NCBI GenBank assembly: GCA_003971905.1
Contig: RSEE01000028.1
Location: 1 to 64,000, forward strand
Direction: 5' to 3'
Origin: Moniliella sp. 'wahieum'
Lineage: Eukaryota
Length of the DNA: 64,000 bases
Shown here: piece after piece, positions 50,770 through 62,488 of the stretch
Numbering within the stretch: position 1 is the first letter of the stretch
How the letters are laid out: each line of letters begins with the position of its first letter
The notes under the pieces: model-generated
Seen by the model: the letters and a program-made list of their open reading frames with translations, nothing else
Databases searched by the model: none
Told to the model about the DNA's origin: nothing
Translations under genes and position numbers: made by a program

Positions 50770-53700
50770 ATGCCTGCTCCCGCCACCGAGTCCGAGCAAG
50801 TCGGCGACTACATCCTCGCCACCGAGATCGGCAAGGGCAGCTTTGCTGTCGTCCGCAAGGGCTACACACCCGCCCACCCCGCCGCGCCGTCGCCGTCAAG
50901 GTGGTCTCTCGCCATCCTCACTGACAAATGGTAACCAACCTCGAGGGCGAAATCAGCATCCTCCAGAGCATTTCCCACCCCAACGTGGTCGAGCTCTTGA
51001 CTTGCATCAAGAATGCCGATCACATCTACCTCATCATGCCCTTTTGTCCATGGGGCGATCTGAGCATGTACATCAAGCCCATGGCCAATTGCCGTCATCG
51101 CCACTGCCCTCGCACCCGGTCACCGACCCCGGTTTAGCGACCGGGACCTCGGCGCCTCAGTCATGGCCAACAGTGCTCTCATGTCCTCTGCCCATGACGA
51201 GAAGCATGCCATCGATGCGCTCTGGGCGATGTGCGCCACTTCCGCATCCACGGGGGGCGGGTTGAACCAGTGGGTGGTCCGCAGCTTCCTTTACCAGCTC
51301 TGCAGTGCCCTCGAATTTATGTGGAACAAAACACATTGTCCACCGCGACATCAAGCCTCAGAACCTGCTGCTCCAACCTGCCGAACCCATTCTCGCCTCG
51401 GGCCATCCGCTGGGCATCCCCAAATCAAGGTGGATGATTTTGGGTTTGCGCGGCATCTGCCAGCCGCGTCGTTGGCGAAACGCTGTGCGGAAGCCCACTC
51501 TATATGGCTCCTGAGATCTTGCGCCACGAAAAGTACGACGCCAAGGCCGATTTGGGTCGGTAGGGGCCGTGACGTACGAGATGGCGCGGGAAAGCCCCCC
51601 TTTCGCGCGGCGAATCACATGGAGCTGCTGCGAAGGATTGAGAAGAATGACGATTCGCATCCGTTCCCCGACGAACGGTCCGAGGGAAGCTGGACCCGCG
51701 AAAACATTCGTCGAGCCGAGGAGGGCTTGCTCGAACTGAGAGACCGGCCGAGGTTCCCGCCGAAATCAAGCAGATCATCCGTGCCCTCCTCAAGCGCCAT
51801 CGGTGACCCGCGCTGGATTTGATGAGCTCTTCCGCTCGCCGGTTGTCGCCTCGGGCTCGGGGCCCGAGCTGGCACGCGCCCTCGGCCGGCCCATCCCGGC
51901 GCCTCCCTCGCAGCCTTCGCTTCCTGCATCTCCCCCGCCACTGGCTTCCCACCCCCCGCCTCCATCTGATCCACTTGCCTTGGAACCGACGGCGATGCCG
52001 CCATCGGCCTCTCCTGCTTCCGCATCCTCCCCGACTCCCATCACTTGGCATCCACTGTCACTGCCCACCATCCTCTCAGACACATCCCCAGGCTTCGCCT
52101 GCTCCCCTCCCGATCGCCGAACAACCCCCGTCGGCCTATCCTCCTCGGCCGAGCACTGTGTACTCCCCACGCGCGGATGCCGTTCCGATCCCGGGGGCCA
52201 AGACTCGGGATCCGATAACCCAGCGGGGCCCTGAGGCCCACTCGATGCCGGCGAGGGAGGACACGGTGCCCCCACGACTGCGACCCATGGGATCATCCGG
52301 CGTGCTTGGCACGCCACCTCCTGCGTTCGTCAAGCTGCCCTTTGCGCCTAGCTCGTTGCCCAGCGCAGGGGGTCTCTCATCCACCCGGCCCCGTTCCTGC
52401 CTGCACGCAGGACGACGATCGGGTTTCAAACTACCACGCCCTCCTCCCTTTCTCGTCCACCCGTGACGAGCCGCCCCCCGCTCCCGTCCAGCAACAAGGC
52501 GAGCACTCGCGTCCATCCGAACTGGCCCTGGCCAAGACAAGGCTGGCCTCCGGTGCGAGTGGTACTCCCTCCGCGGCCTTGACTGGGTCCAACCTGGGCC
52601 CGACGGGGCAAAGCTCGGGCGTGCCATCCTCGCCTGCCAGCCCAACCGCGCCCGCCTCGGGGCAAGAGAGCCCTGGACGCCAATCGTCGCGAGGCACGGG
52701 GAGCTTGTTGGATGGAGAGTATGCTATGATCGATGCCCGTACGTCTGGTCCAGAAGAAGAGACGGAACGGTTCAACCGCCTGTGGCGTTTCCGGCTTCCT
52801 ACCCATCTTCGGCTCAGGCGGCCGAGTGCCGCCGCCTCGGTCGCTGCGGCCGCGTTGGGCCGAACGCCCATCCGTCGTCTCAGCCAGATCAGATCCGTGC
52901 CCTCTCCTTTTCGCGCTTCACCTCCTCTGCTCGCCAGTCCTCCTCTCCGGTTGGCAGTCCAACTACGTTTGGGCAGCCTGCCCTGCTGCCCGATCGGTCG
53001 CGAAGGGAGAGCAAATCGATGCCCAAATCCGGACTGGCATCCGCCCTCGCCTCGGCCAAACCCGCGTTCCCTGAGGCCCCACCCTCCCACACCCCCTCTA
53101 CACCCCGCGACATCCCCCCTGCCACCCGTGGCGGCCGTCTCAGTGGTCACAATCGACGTCCAGCGCAGGATCGCCACCGGCACGCGCGTGATGGGGGGCA
53201 AAGCTTCGTCCTCCAGTACCGGCGCTACCGCGACGCCGGCCTTGGCGGTGCCCCACCTCGCTTCCACGCCCGGCACGCCCGGCCTACCCGGCACCCCGAC
53301 CGGCACTTCGTCCCAAGCGCGGCCGTTGCCGATCCCGAGACCGGCATTTGCGCTGCCCGCGCATCAGCGTCCCGCCTCGTTCCAACATCGTTCCTCGGCC
53401 TCCTTCTCTAGCAGCGGGCACAGTTACTCCCCGAGGCTGCACCAAGCCCCGCCGGCGCTTACCGGTGGCGGTGGTGGGTTTAGCCCGATCCCATCTAGCA
53501 GCCCGCTCGCGGCCCACCCTCTTCCCTTTACAGGTGCCTCGGCTCCGACCGGGGCGACGTACCCGCCGTTGGGCGTCGCGGACGCCGCCGCGTGGGCGGC
53601 TGGATTCGGGTGGGTGGGCCCGGTATGCTGGGCACTTCGCCGTTTGGAACGAGCCTGATGGAAACGCAAATGGTCCGGGGCCCTTCTTTCTCGCCTACGC

Positions 53701-55027
53701 CTTCGTCCTATCCGCCTCCGCCGTCCGAGTTGAGCAGTTCGCTCACCCGCGCCATGAGCCAAGCTTCCATCCGTCTGTTTGGCATTCCTAGCGTAGTGGC
53801 CTTGCGCAACGCGCAAGCGATCATGCGCGGTCGCACCTGGCGCAGTCAGAGTTACTCTGGGTGCCACGCCCGGGCTGAGCACGCACAGTTGGCTGGGGGG
53901 CGCCACCCCGCCGTTGGCCGGCGAGGCGTCGGCGGTCAGCATGGCTGGCGAGCCGGACCCGGCCGAGCGCAACATGTTGGGCCTGATGCTGGACTACTTT
54001 CACAAAGCGCATGTGCTCAGCGAATTGGCCGACTCGAGATTTACCGAAGTTTGGCGCGCCGCCACCAGCGTCCCACGCGGAAAGCGCCGCCGGTTCGCCG
54101 CTCGAGCCAACCCACTGGCGGGACCCCAGCTCGCTTTCGACGCCGTCGCGACCGTGCGGGGTCCCATTGCGGTCGCCGCTGCTTCGGGGGGACGATCGTC
54201 TTCGTCGCTCAGTGGAGCGTCCGGCTCGGTCGTACCCAACGATGTGCCTGGTGCGGCCAATGAGGCTGGAACACCGGGAACCACTCCGTCTTCCACGCCC
54301 TTTGCCTCGGCCGCCGTGCTGGGTGTAGCACCCATCTCGATTGCCGCCTCTCCCTCTAAGCAGGCGGCCGACTCGGAGGCGCTGGCAGCCGAATGCCTGC
54401 TCATCTACCTCCGTGCTGCTGCTCTGCTGGAACGTGGCTTACAGACCACCCGAGAGTTTTTGGATGCGCGGCAAGCCAATGGGGGGCCCGCCCTCCCTGC
54501 CCCGATCTGATGGACCGTACGTATATGTCTGAACGTTGTTGGAGATGCAAGCTAACCTCACCGTCGTAGTATCCTTTGCGCTCAAAACCAGTTTCCAAAC
54601 CCTGGTGGAGCGGGTCGAGTACGTTCGCTCCAAGGGGGGAGAGCGACGAACTGCATCCGACGCGCAACATCAACGATCTAATCCTCACCATGGCCGTCGA
54701 CATTGCCCGGGCCGCCGCGTCGGACGAGATGAACCGGACGCGGCAGAACAGCACCGGACGGGCCGAATGGAATGCACAGAGTTGCATTGATGCCTACGAT
54801 GCGGCCGAGACGCTGCTGCTGTCCTTGCTCGAGCCTAGTTTGGCCGAGGAGCCAGGTAACACGGCCTTGACTCCGGCCACGACGGCGTTTATCGAAAAGT
54901 GTACGTCCTTCCTCCCCCCTAGCGCACGAACAACGTTGCCTGACTGCCTGCCTCGCTTCGTCCAGATGTTCATACGATTCGCAAACGCCTCGATAACCTC
55001 AACCAGAGCACAGGCCCAACTGCCTGA
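50770..55027 (+). CDS. ATG1: Autophagy Ser/Thr kinase Atg1
   Basis: [96 protein letters not shown] long Pro/Ser linker leads to a C-terminal Atg1 MIT-like region ([25 protein letters not shown]). Confidence 0.93.
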
Positions 55028-55613
55028 GTCGTCACTTCTCTCCGCCTTATCGTCCGGTCCCTTATTTCCTCCAATCGATTGCTATGGTCCGTTGCACCCC
55101 ATGTTGTCTCTTCAGATATCATGAGGCATACTTGGGCATGGTTGCTGTTCCTATCATCTGCGGTGACCCCCCCCCCTTACCTATTCGCTTCCACCCCTTG
55201 GTCTCACACTTAGCCAGCGGTGGACCTTGTTTGTCATGTTCCGAACCTCCCGTCCCCACTCCATTGTTCATCCTATGATTCCCGCTACGCCCCCTCCCAT
55301 CCCCTCACACACACACCTAAAGAAGTCCGCCTGTCCCATCCAAGGAAGATCCGCCGGGTAATTTGTATCTCGCGTTGGTTCCCGCGTTCATAGTGGAACA
55401 GAGAAGCAAAGATGATCGATGATCGATGACGAGCCTCAATCCAGACCCTGGATCCCGAGGGGGTTCCAATGCACCCGTGTCGACCACGTGCACAACAGCC
55501 CGTCGCACCGCTTGGCCTTAACGGGCCGAGAAAGCCAGCATAGGGGTGAACACCTGGCTCCATTCTGCCCAGAAAAGGAGGTAGAAACAACAAAGATCCC
55601 ATCCTGCTCCCTC

Positions 55614-56338
55614 TTAGCCGAGCGCGACCCGAGTCGTGCCAAACTCTGAGAAGGGAAATAAATGATACATGGTCAGTTGAGTTGGCGCGAAGGACCAACG
55701 GGGCGGTCCGCCACCAATGCACAATGCACGTACCGCTTCGGATTGCTCCGCCTCTTCCACCGCATCGCTTTGGGACACGACGCGCAGCACGCTTTTGCTT
55801 GACTCTTGCATCTCGCCGGCAATGATCAGTTCGTCAAAGATCTGGGGGCAGGACAGAGGACAGGGTCAGTGTACGCCTAGGCGCAGGGCGCATCAAGCCG
55901 GCGAGCCGGTAAGCACAGCACGTACCGCATACGCCTTCTGGAAGTTGAAGATCAAGTCGAGTTCGCACACCTGAGTCCCGCATAAATCGCCGTGTCAGTC
56001 GATCCGCCCCAACGGGGCGAGAAGAGAAGGACGGAAGGACGTACGTTGCCAAAGTAGCGATCGAGAACCTCGACGTAGCGGTGGATGATCTCGAGAGTGA
56101 TCAGTTCGTTGTCGTCCTGCTCGATGCCGCAGACAAAGAAGAGAGAGGCATAGCGGCGGTAGACGACCTTGGTATCCTTGTACTCGAGAAAGTTGCACAT
56201 GCGCGTGCGGCGGGCCAAGACGAGCTGGGTAACATCCTTGACGATCTTGGCCTTGCTCTTGGCGCTCATGGTCTGGAACCACTTGCTGAGGCGCACCTTG
56301 CCCTGGCGGCTGATGAGGAGCATCCAGTTGAGACCCAT
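55614..56338 (-). CDS. APS1: AP-1 adaptor complex sigma subunit
   Basis: MLLISRQGKVRLSKWF..KIVKDVTQLVLARRTRMCNFLEYKDTKVVYRRYASLFF..NELITLEIIHRYVEVLDRYFGN|VCELDLIFNFQKAYA|ILDELIIAGEMQESS. The last exon is approximate. Confidence 0.95.
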
Positions 56339-56519
56339 GCTGGGCAGGGGAGACAGAAGACGAAGCGGCGGGGCGGCGGGTGGCGCAGACGGAGGTGGCG
56401 GTGGTGGCGGCGGCGTCCTGCCTTTGCTCCTCCCAGGCGATGTCTGGGCCGCCGCGCCACGCGTGCTTACGTCACCAACCACAACCAAAACCAAAACGAA
56501 ACCCAAAACCAAAAAGGTA

Positions 56520-56622
56520 TGCTTCGTGCCAGGCTCGAACTGGCGACCTCAGGATGACGTGGAGGATCCACTCACACACAGCGGTATGAGACCTGCGCGC
56601 TAGCCAACTGCGCCAACGAAGC
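56520..56622 (-). tRNA. Elongator tRNA-Met(CAT) with a 29-nt intron (56556-56584)
   Basis: GCTTCGT TG GCGC AGTTGGCTA GCGC G CAGGT CTCATA [intron] A TCCTG AGGTC GCCAG TTCGAGC CTGGC ACGAAGC A forms a full cloverleaf with a U31.U39 pair and a TTC T-loop (elongator type). An oligo-T terminator follows. Confidence 0.95.
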
Positions 56623-57190
56623 AGATTGTTGGCGAGTATCGCTCTTTTTATAGCCGCAGTATAGGCAGGGCTGCCCATTTTTCTTGGACAGCCTTGCAGC
56701 CCGTAGAGCAATCGATCACAGAGGGGATCCCCGAGACGCTTCCAAGGGAGAAGGGCAGAGTTCCTTCTGGGCCCCAACGCAGAGTAGTTGTTTGCAGAGA
56801 CGACACGCTCATAGAGAGATGATGGATGTGAGGCGGTATATATGTAGGCTGCATTCATGCGCCCACGGACTTGCATGACTGCGGCTGGAAGAGCAAGCGC
56901 CCCTGAAAGGATTGGAGATGGCCGATGGGCGTTGGCTCGGCAACTTGTGGATTGGGGAAGCGATATCGCTCAAACAAGAGTATCGCGCAGCCACCCCGCC
57001 CGCCCACCCGCCTCTCTCACATTCAGCCCCACATCTCGATCGCTTGTTACTAACAGCTCTTGCAGTTGGTGTTGTATACGCCGTCGCCACTGGCTCTGCT
57101 TTTTTAGCTGCCGTGTGCGCTGCTCCTCGTCTTCCAACCCCCCCATTGCTGTTTCTCCCCCCATCACTAGTCCTCAAGCTCAAGCACCGC

Positions 57191-60100
57191 ATGGCGGCCT
57201 CCAACAGCGCTACCCCAGCGCCTCCTCGCTCCTTGCTCCTTGCCCCCTCCCTCGACGCCGCCCTCTCCCCTCCACCCGACACAGCCAGCCGGTCGGCGCG
57301 GCGGCAGGCGACCCGTGCTGTCTCCCGTCCAGCGTCCTTTTCCAGCGACCACAGCTCCTACTCCCAGTCGGTCTACCACGCTGCCTCTGTCTTGCCTCTG
57401 CCTCTGCTTCTGCCTCTGCCTCTGCCTCTTCCACTCATCCTCGCCAACCACATGGGTCGCACGGCCCTATGGTGGCATCCCACAGCTACAACAGTTCAAG
57501 TCTCAAGGGCCGGGCGAGCTATCCGAAAGGTGACTCGCGTCGCCGCGGTTCCTTGTCCACCTTGCTTCTGCGTCCGAGTGGATGGAATTGCATTCCGAAG
57601 CGAATGCGGATTTTCATCGCAGAGAGAGAGTTGGTGGCAGGGAGGCCTCCTTTGCTTGGCCGTCCCTTGGTGCCTCTCGTGCTGCAGTTGACATCACCAG
57701 CTCCTGGAGCGGGAGGAAGTCAATGAGTAGGGAGCTACGCTCCCTCGCGCCCACGTGGTCCGAGCACGTACCAGCGCACAAAAAACAACAGGCGCCGGCG
57801 GAAGGATCCCAACCGTCGTCGTCGGTTCACTTCGGTCCGCCGGTCCTACCTCCACACCCCATTGGCATCTCACTTTGACCCTTCCCCTCTTCATCGGTCC
57901 CCGGCAGGAAGTGTGCGCAGCATGGATCTACCTACCGCATCCGCGGGTCAACGAGCTGATGGTAAGTCCCGTATCTTTCTGTCTTACCATTTTTCCCCAC
58001 ACCATCAACACTGTTTATATACATACCATTCTCTCACCCTCTTTCTGTGCCCCTTCTGGTACGAAACTCTACTGACGTCCGGCATTCTGTGCATATCCAC
58101 AATATACACAGACGTCCCATCTCCCGTGCGCAGAACCCAGTCGATGCTGGTGGGGACCGGGGACGATTCGTACTGGGACGACGAGCCCCTGATGCACCCT
58201 GATTTCCACCCCGGTTCCTCTCTCTCTGACTCGTCCAGCCGCGCCGAGCTGTTCCAGCTGGGTAATACCAGTGCAAGTCTACCTCCTGCGCGTTTTTCGC
58301 ACCCGACAGGATACCCACCTTCAACCCTCAGTCGGCAATCTTCGCGGGCCTCCCTGGTGCCCCGTGCATCCACCAGCGTCTCCCAAGCCAGCACGACGGA
58401 AGATGGCTCCCTTCCGACCCCGACGCGCGACCGGCCCCCGCTTCTTCCGCTTCCCTTGTTGGACTTGCGTCGGCTGAGTCATGCGGTGAGCTTAGCGATG
58501 GATGCGTCCAACCTGGTTGAAGACAATATGGCCCGCCCCGGTGCGCATCTTGCTCCTGCCTCGCTACTACACCCACTGAGCCGCGGACCGAGCTGCTATG
58601 GAACTTGGTGGGCGATGAAGAGCCAGCGATCGCATCGGACGAATCGGACGCGACCATCCCCATTTCTGCCCAGGGCGTGCTTGCGCCCAGCAGCGCCGCG
58701 CTCACCCCGCTCGACTCGACCGCTGCCAACTATGGTACGTCGAGCCAGCAGGCCCACGACTCGGATGACGGTGCCAATGGCCCACGACAAGAGTCTTCTC
58801 AGACGGGCAGTGTACGTTGGCGCCTCCGAAACCTCTTCCGCCGGTCCCAGGTCAGTGCAGCGGGGGGTGGTGTCGCTGCTACGGCGGTATACCACGTTGG
58901 GAAGCCAAGCGACAACGACCAACAGTGCCACCACGGTCGGGTCCAGTGATCTCTCGCGCTCGGAGCACCAAGAGCTTGCGGATGAGGCCGACGGAGGGGC
59001 AAGGGACGAAGTCGAAGCTCACTACCGCTTCCAGCTGATGGAGCGACAACGACAGCGACAGCGTCGGCAAGACGCCGATCTCAGCTTGGCACTGTACGTG
59101 TCGAGTGTAGAGTTGATGTTGTCGGCGTTACCGCCGCAGTCGGCCCAGGGGGTTAGCGACCGGCACCGGTCCGCTGCAAGCGACGTTGATGGAGGCATTG
59201 CACAAGTTGGAATCGACGGCTCCCAAGACCTCTTCGCACCAACAACCCTCCGTGCTCAGGGTAGGTTCCTCCCACGAGCCTGACCGGACCGTGCATGCTG
59301 AGCTTGCCTATTTACGCCGCGAGCTGCAAATGGCGCTCAACTCGTTAGCCCCACGGCTGCCAACCGAGGGGGGGGAAGACACTACTCCGCCCGCTCCCCC
59401 GCCCCACTGTACCATCCACCACATTCACACTCACACACTTGTCCCGTCCACAGTGCCGTTGTTCCCCCCAGCCGCCGATCCCGCCGCGCTCGCCAATCCC
59501 GACCATGCCGTCTTCCTTGCCGATTCGCCCATCCAAGCGGCTGGCGCCGCCGAATCCTTCATCGGATTGTATGGGGTGCGGTGGACATGGGCCTGGCCAC
59601 CACCGCAAGTGCGGTCCACATCACTGCCCGTGCCGTGTGCTGGGCTCTGCCGCTCGAGAGCCCGCCTGCTTCAGCCCGGCCGAGACACCGATGGCCACCT
59701 TGCAACCCGTTCGAGCTGCGAATAGGAGCGAGGAGGAAATCCAAAGTGAAAGGGAAAGGGAAGAGAAAGAGAAAGAGAAAGGGAAAGGGAAGAGCCAGCA
59801 TGGCCAGTCAACTGTTCACCAGTGCGGTCCGTATGGTGACCGGCGGTACGAGCCTGCCCATGATGGGCCTCGACCCTCCCTCTGCGTTTTCCTCTTCGAC
59901 CATGACAGTGAGCCAGGTATCGCAGCAAGTGGGCAGCTGGCTTTCGAAGCAAGTGCGTGTCGAGCCGAGGCTTGCGACCCCGCCAGGCGGGCTGGAAGAA
60001 CATCTGATCCATACGGCGGCCGAACTGGGACGTGCGGTCAAACGATCGCAGTTACCGCACCAGCTTCGTTTGCTCACCGACCACCTGACCGCGGTATGGT

Positions 60101-60424
60101 CCTGGTCAACCGCAAGTACGCAGTGCGACAACGCACGATTGACTTTATCTTGTCCCAGCTAGGTGCGTGCTTGCGTTTGTGCGTCGGCGACAATGGCATG
60201 TGTATGCCGCTCGAACCCTGGTGGCCGGGCTGGAGGCGGCCATTGCGGCGATTCAGGCGTATCGGGAGGATGTCAAGCAACCGGATCCAATCCAGTCGCT
60301 CCCACTGCTCCAAGCCGGCGCTGGGACGCTCCTCCGGCCTATTCTCGCCTTGGGCGCGCTAACAACCGCAGTTGAGAGGTGTGCGGACTGTGTACTTGTA
60401 TATATATGGGGGCTTATTTTTTGA
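57191..60424 (+). CDS. Large hypothetical protein, Ser/Pro-rich N-terminus with helical (MIT-like) segments
   Basis: Chain of overlapping + ORFs starting MAASNSATPAPP; intron starting gtaagt at about 57962; helical blocks LSHAVSLAMDASNL, ADLSLALYVSSVELMLSALP, LIHTAAELGRAVKRSQLP, VNRKYAVRQRTIDF and GLEAAIAAIQAYRE. Confidence 0.6.
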
Positions 60425-61177
60425 AGACCGTGTTACGTCTCGTTTTGTGGGGGTCCAACTTTACCGTCATGACGATCATGATTCCTTCCTGCCCTTACAT
60501 ACCAGTTACCGTTACGTTCGATTTTGATGACTGGAACGTCATTCATACCCATCATCTTCTCTTCCACCTCCATACAGGATGCGATCGCTGTAGCTTTTTG
60601 TTTAACTGCAAAGAGACGCTGGGCGGGGAAAATAGGCGCTCAGGTATATAGTCACTCGCTCGCACGCGCATCTACTGGTACCTGTTACCAGGCAGTGAAG
60701 ACTGACGCACCAACGTTGAATCAATACGAGAAACCATGCCTTCAGGAAGATTAAAGGTGGGAGGGAGGCGGCTAATATATCGTTTAAACCCATGTCAAGC
60801 GCTACTGGTCCGAGGAGGGCGCACGCGACGGCAGGCGAATAGATCCGACGAGAAACAGAAACGGTACTTTTAAATGGCAAACCCCACAAGGCAGATGGAG
60901 AAGAAAGCCGAACACATAGTATACAAACAACGCGGGGCATGCTAATAGTTTAAGAGCTGAGCCTCCGCCTTTAGCTGAAGATTGACGAAGAGGGGTGCGA
61001 AATAGAAGAAGAAAAGAACGCTTTGTTTGTTTCAGGTGCGTCGGTCGTGGTAAGCATTTGTAGATGGGAAACGGGTGTTTGGGGTTTTTTTTGGGGGGGG
61101 GGTTGAATGAGCCTATATATAGGTTTTGGGGGACGGGACGTTGCCGCATTGCGGCATTGGCAGGGGTATACATGCAA

Positions 61178-62304
61178 TCACCAGCTTGTTTGCTGGGGCG
61201 AAGGCGGTGGCGTCAAGCAATCGTCGCTCTCCTCGGTCAGAAGGAGGTCGGGCACCTGATCCATCCCCTCGGAATCCGAGGTCAGGGTTGAAATTGAAGA
61301 GAAGCGATCGCTCTCCCACACGGTAGAGCTGTTGGGCCGGACCATGCTGCTGGTCGCATCGGCAAAGGAAGCGGAGTAAGTGGGGCGGATGCGGATGCGG
61401 GGAGGAAGGAGGCCCGAGGCCTGCAGGCCTGGCGGCCAGAACTCAATTCGGTCCACAGGCTTGCGGCGTGGCACAATCCGAGCGCCATTACGTCCTGTCC
61501 CACGCCGGTAGTGGCGGAGAGGAAGGGGGTGCGCAACAGAGCGATGGTCCTCCTTGTGCCGCCCACTCCTCGATTCCAACGCAGAGGACAGTGGGGGGGA
61601 GGCAGGTGAGAGAGGGTTTGGTCGATTTGTTACGTTTCGGCTCGGCCTTGATCTTGCGCTGGGACCCCCTGTGGGCCGTGGTGGTGGATGCGGATAATGG
61701 GTCAAAGCCAGGGTAGCAGCATCGACGTGGACTTGCGCTTGCCTGCTGTCCGCGGCGCGCTCTTCTCCCCTCGAGCAACAGCCTCGGCCGAGCGCTGGAG
61801 CGGGCCAGACTGGCTGCGTCTCAAGCGGCCCCGCATGGGGACCAACTCGGGCGTGGTCAAGCGAGGCAGCGACCGGCTGATGCGATCCGCGCAGCGGGTA
61901 AGGGTACGCCGGACAGGCGTCGCGTGGTTCGAATCCGAGTGGCTGCCCTCGGCGGGAGGGGAGGTAGGATGGGGCGTCGGAGCAGATCTGTGGTCGACTG
62001 ACCGCGTCTCGCTGCTCTGCTCGGCCGCTGAGAGGGAAGGGTCCCACTCCTCGTCCCGCAGGCGTGCGGGCGAGGGGGAGGGACGCTTCCACGGGTAGGG
62101 TCTGCACTGTTCGCCGCGCCAGAAGCGGGCGGGGGAGGCGGCGGCGCGGGTGAGGTCGAGGTCGAGCGGGGAGACGTACAGCCGGGGCTGCTCGGGGGAG
62201 GGCGGGCGAGGCGCCGGGCGCGAGGGCGGGCATGGCGGCGGGGGGGGGTGCGGAGACCGGGCCGACGGCGGCCGAGGGTGGATGGGTTGTGGCTGCTGGG
62301 ACAT
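61178..62304 (-). CDS. Hypothetical Pro/Ser/Arg-rich protein
   Basis: MSQQPQPIHPRPP..; overlapping minus ORFs ending ...SDRFSSISTLTSDSEGMDQVPDLLLTEESDDCLTPPPSPQQTSW*. An AT-rich 3' region follows. Confidence 0.5.
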
Positions 62305-62488
62305 GTGATGTGATGTGATGGATCATCGATTCGATCAGCGGTCCAGCTGATGCGCTGCGCATGGCCAGGGGGTGTACTTTAAGGCCCCATTCCGCCTGCG
62401 GGCGGAAGACACCCCGCAGTGCCCCATCGGCCCGTCGGACTCACTAGCCACGCCTATGGCACCACACACTTGCGCCGGCGTGGATGGA

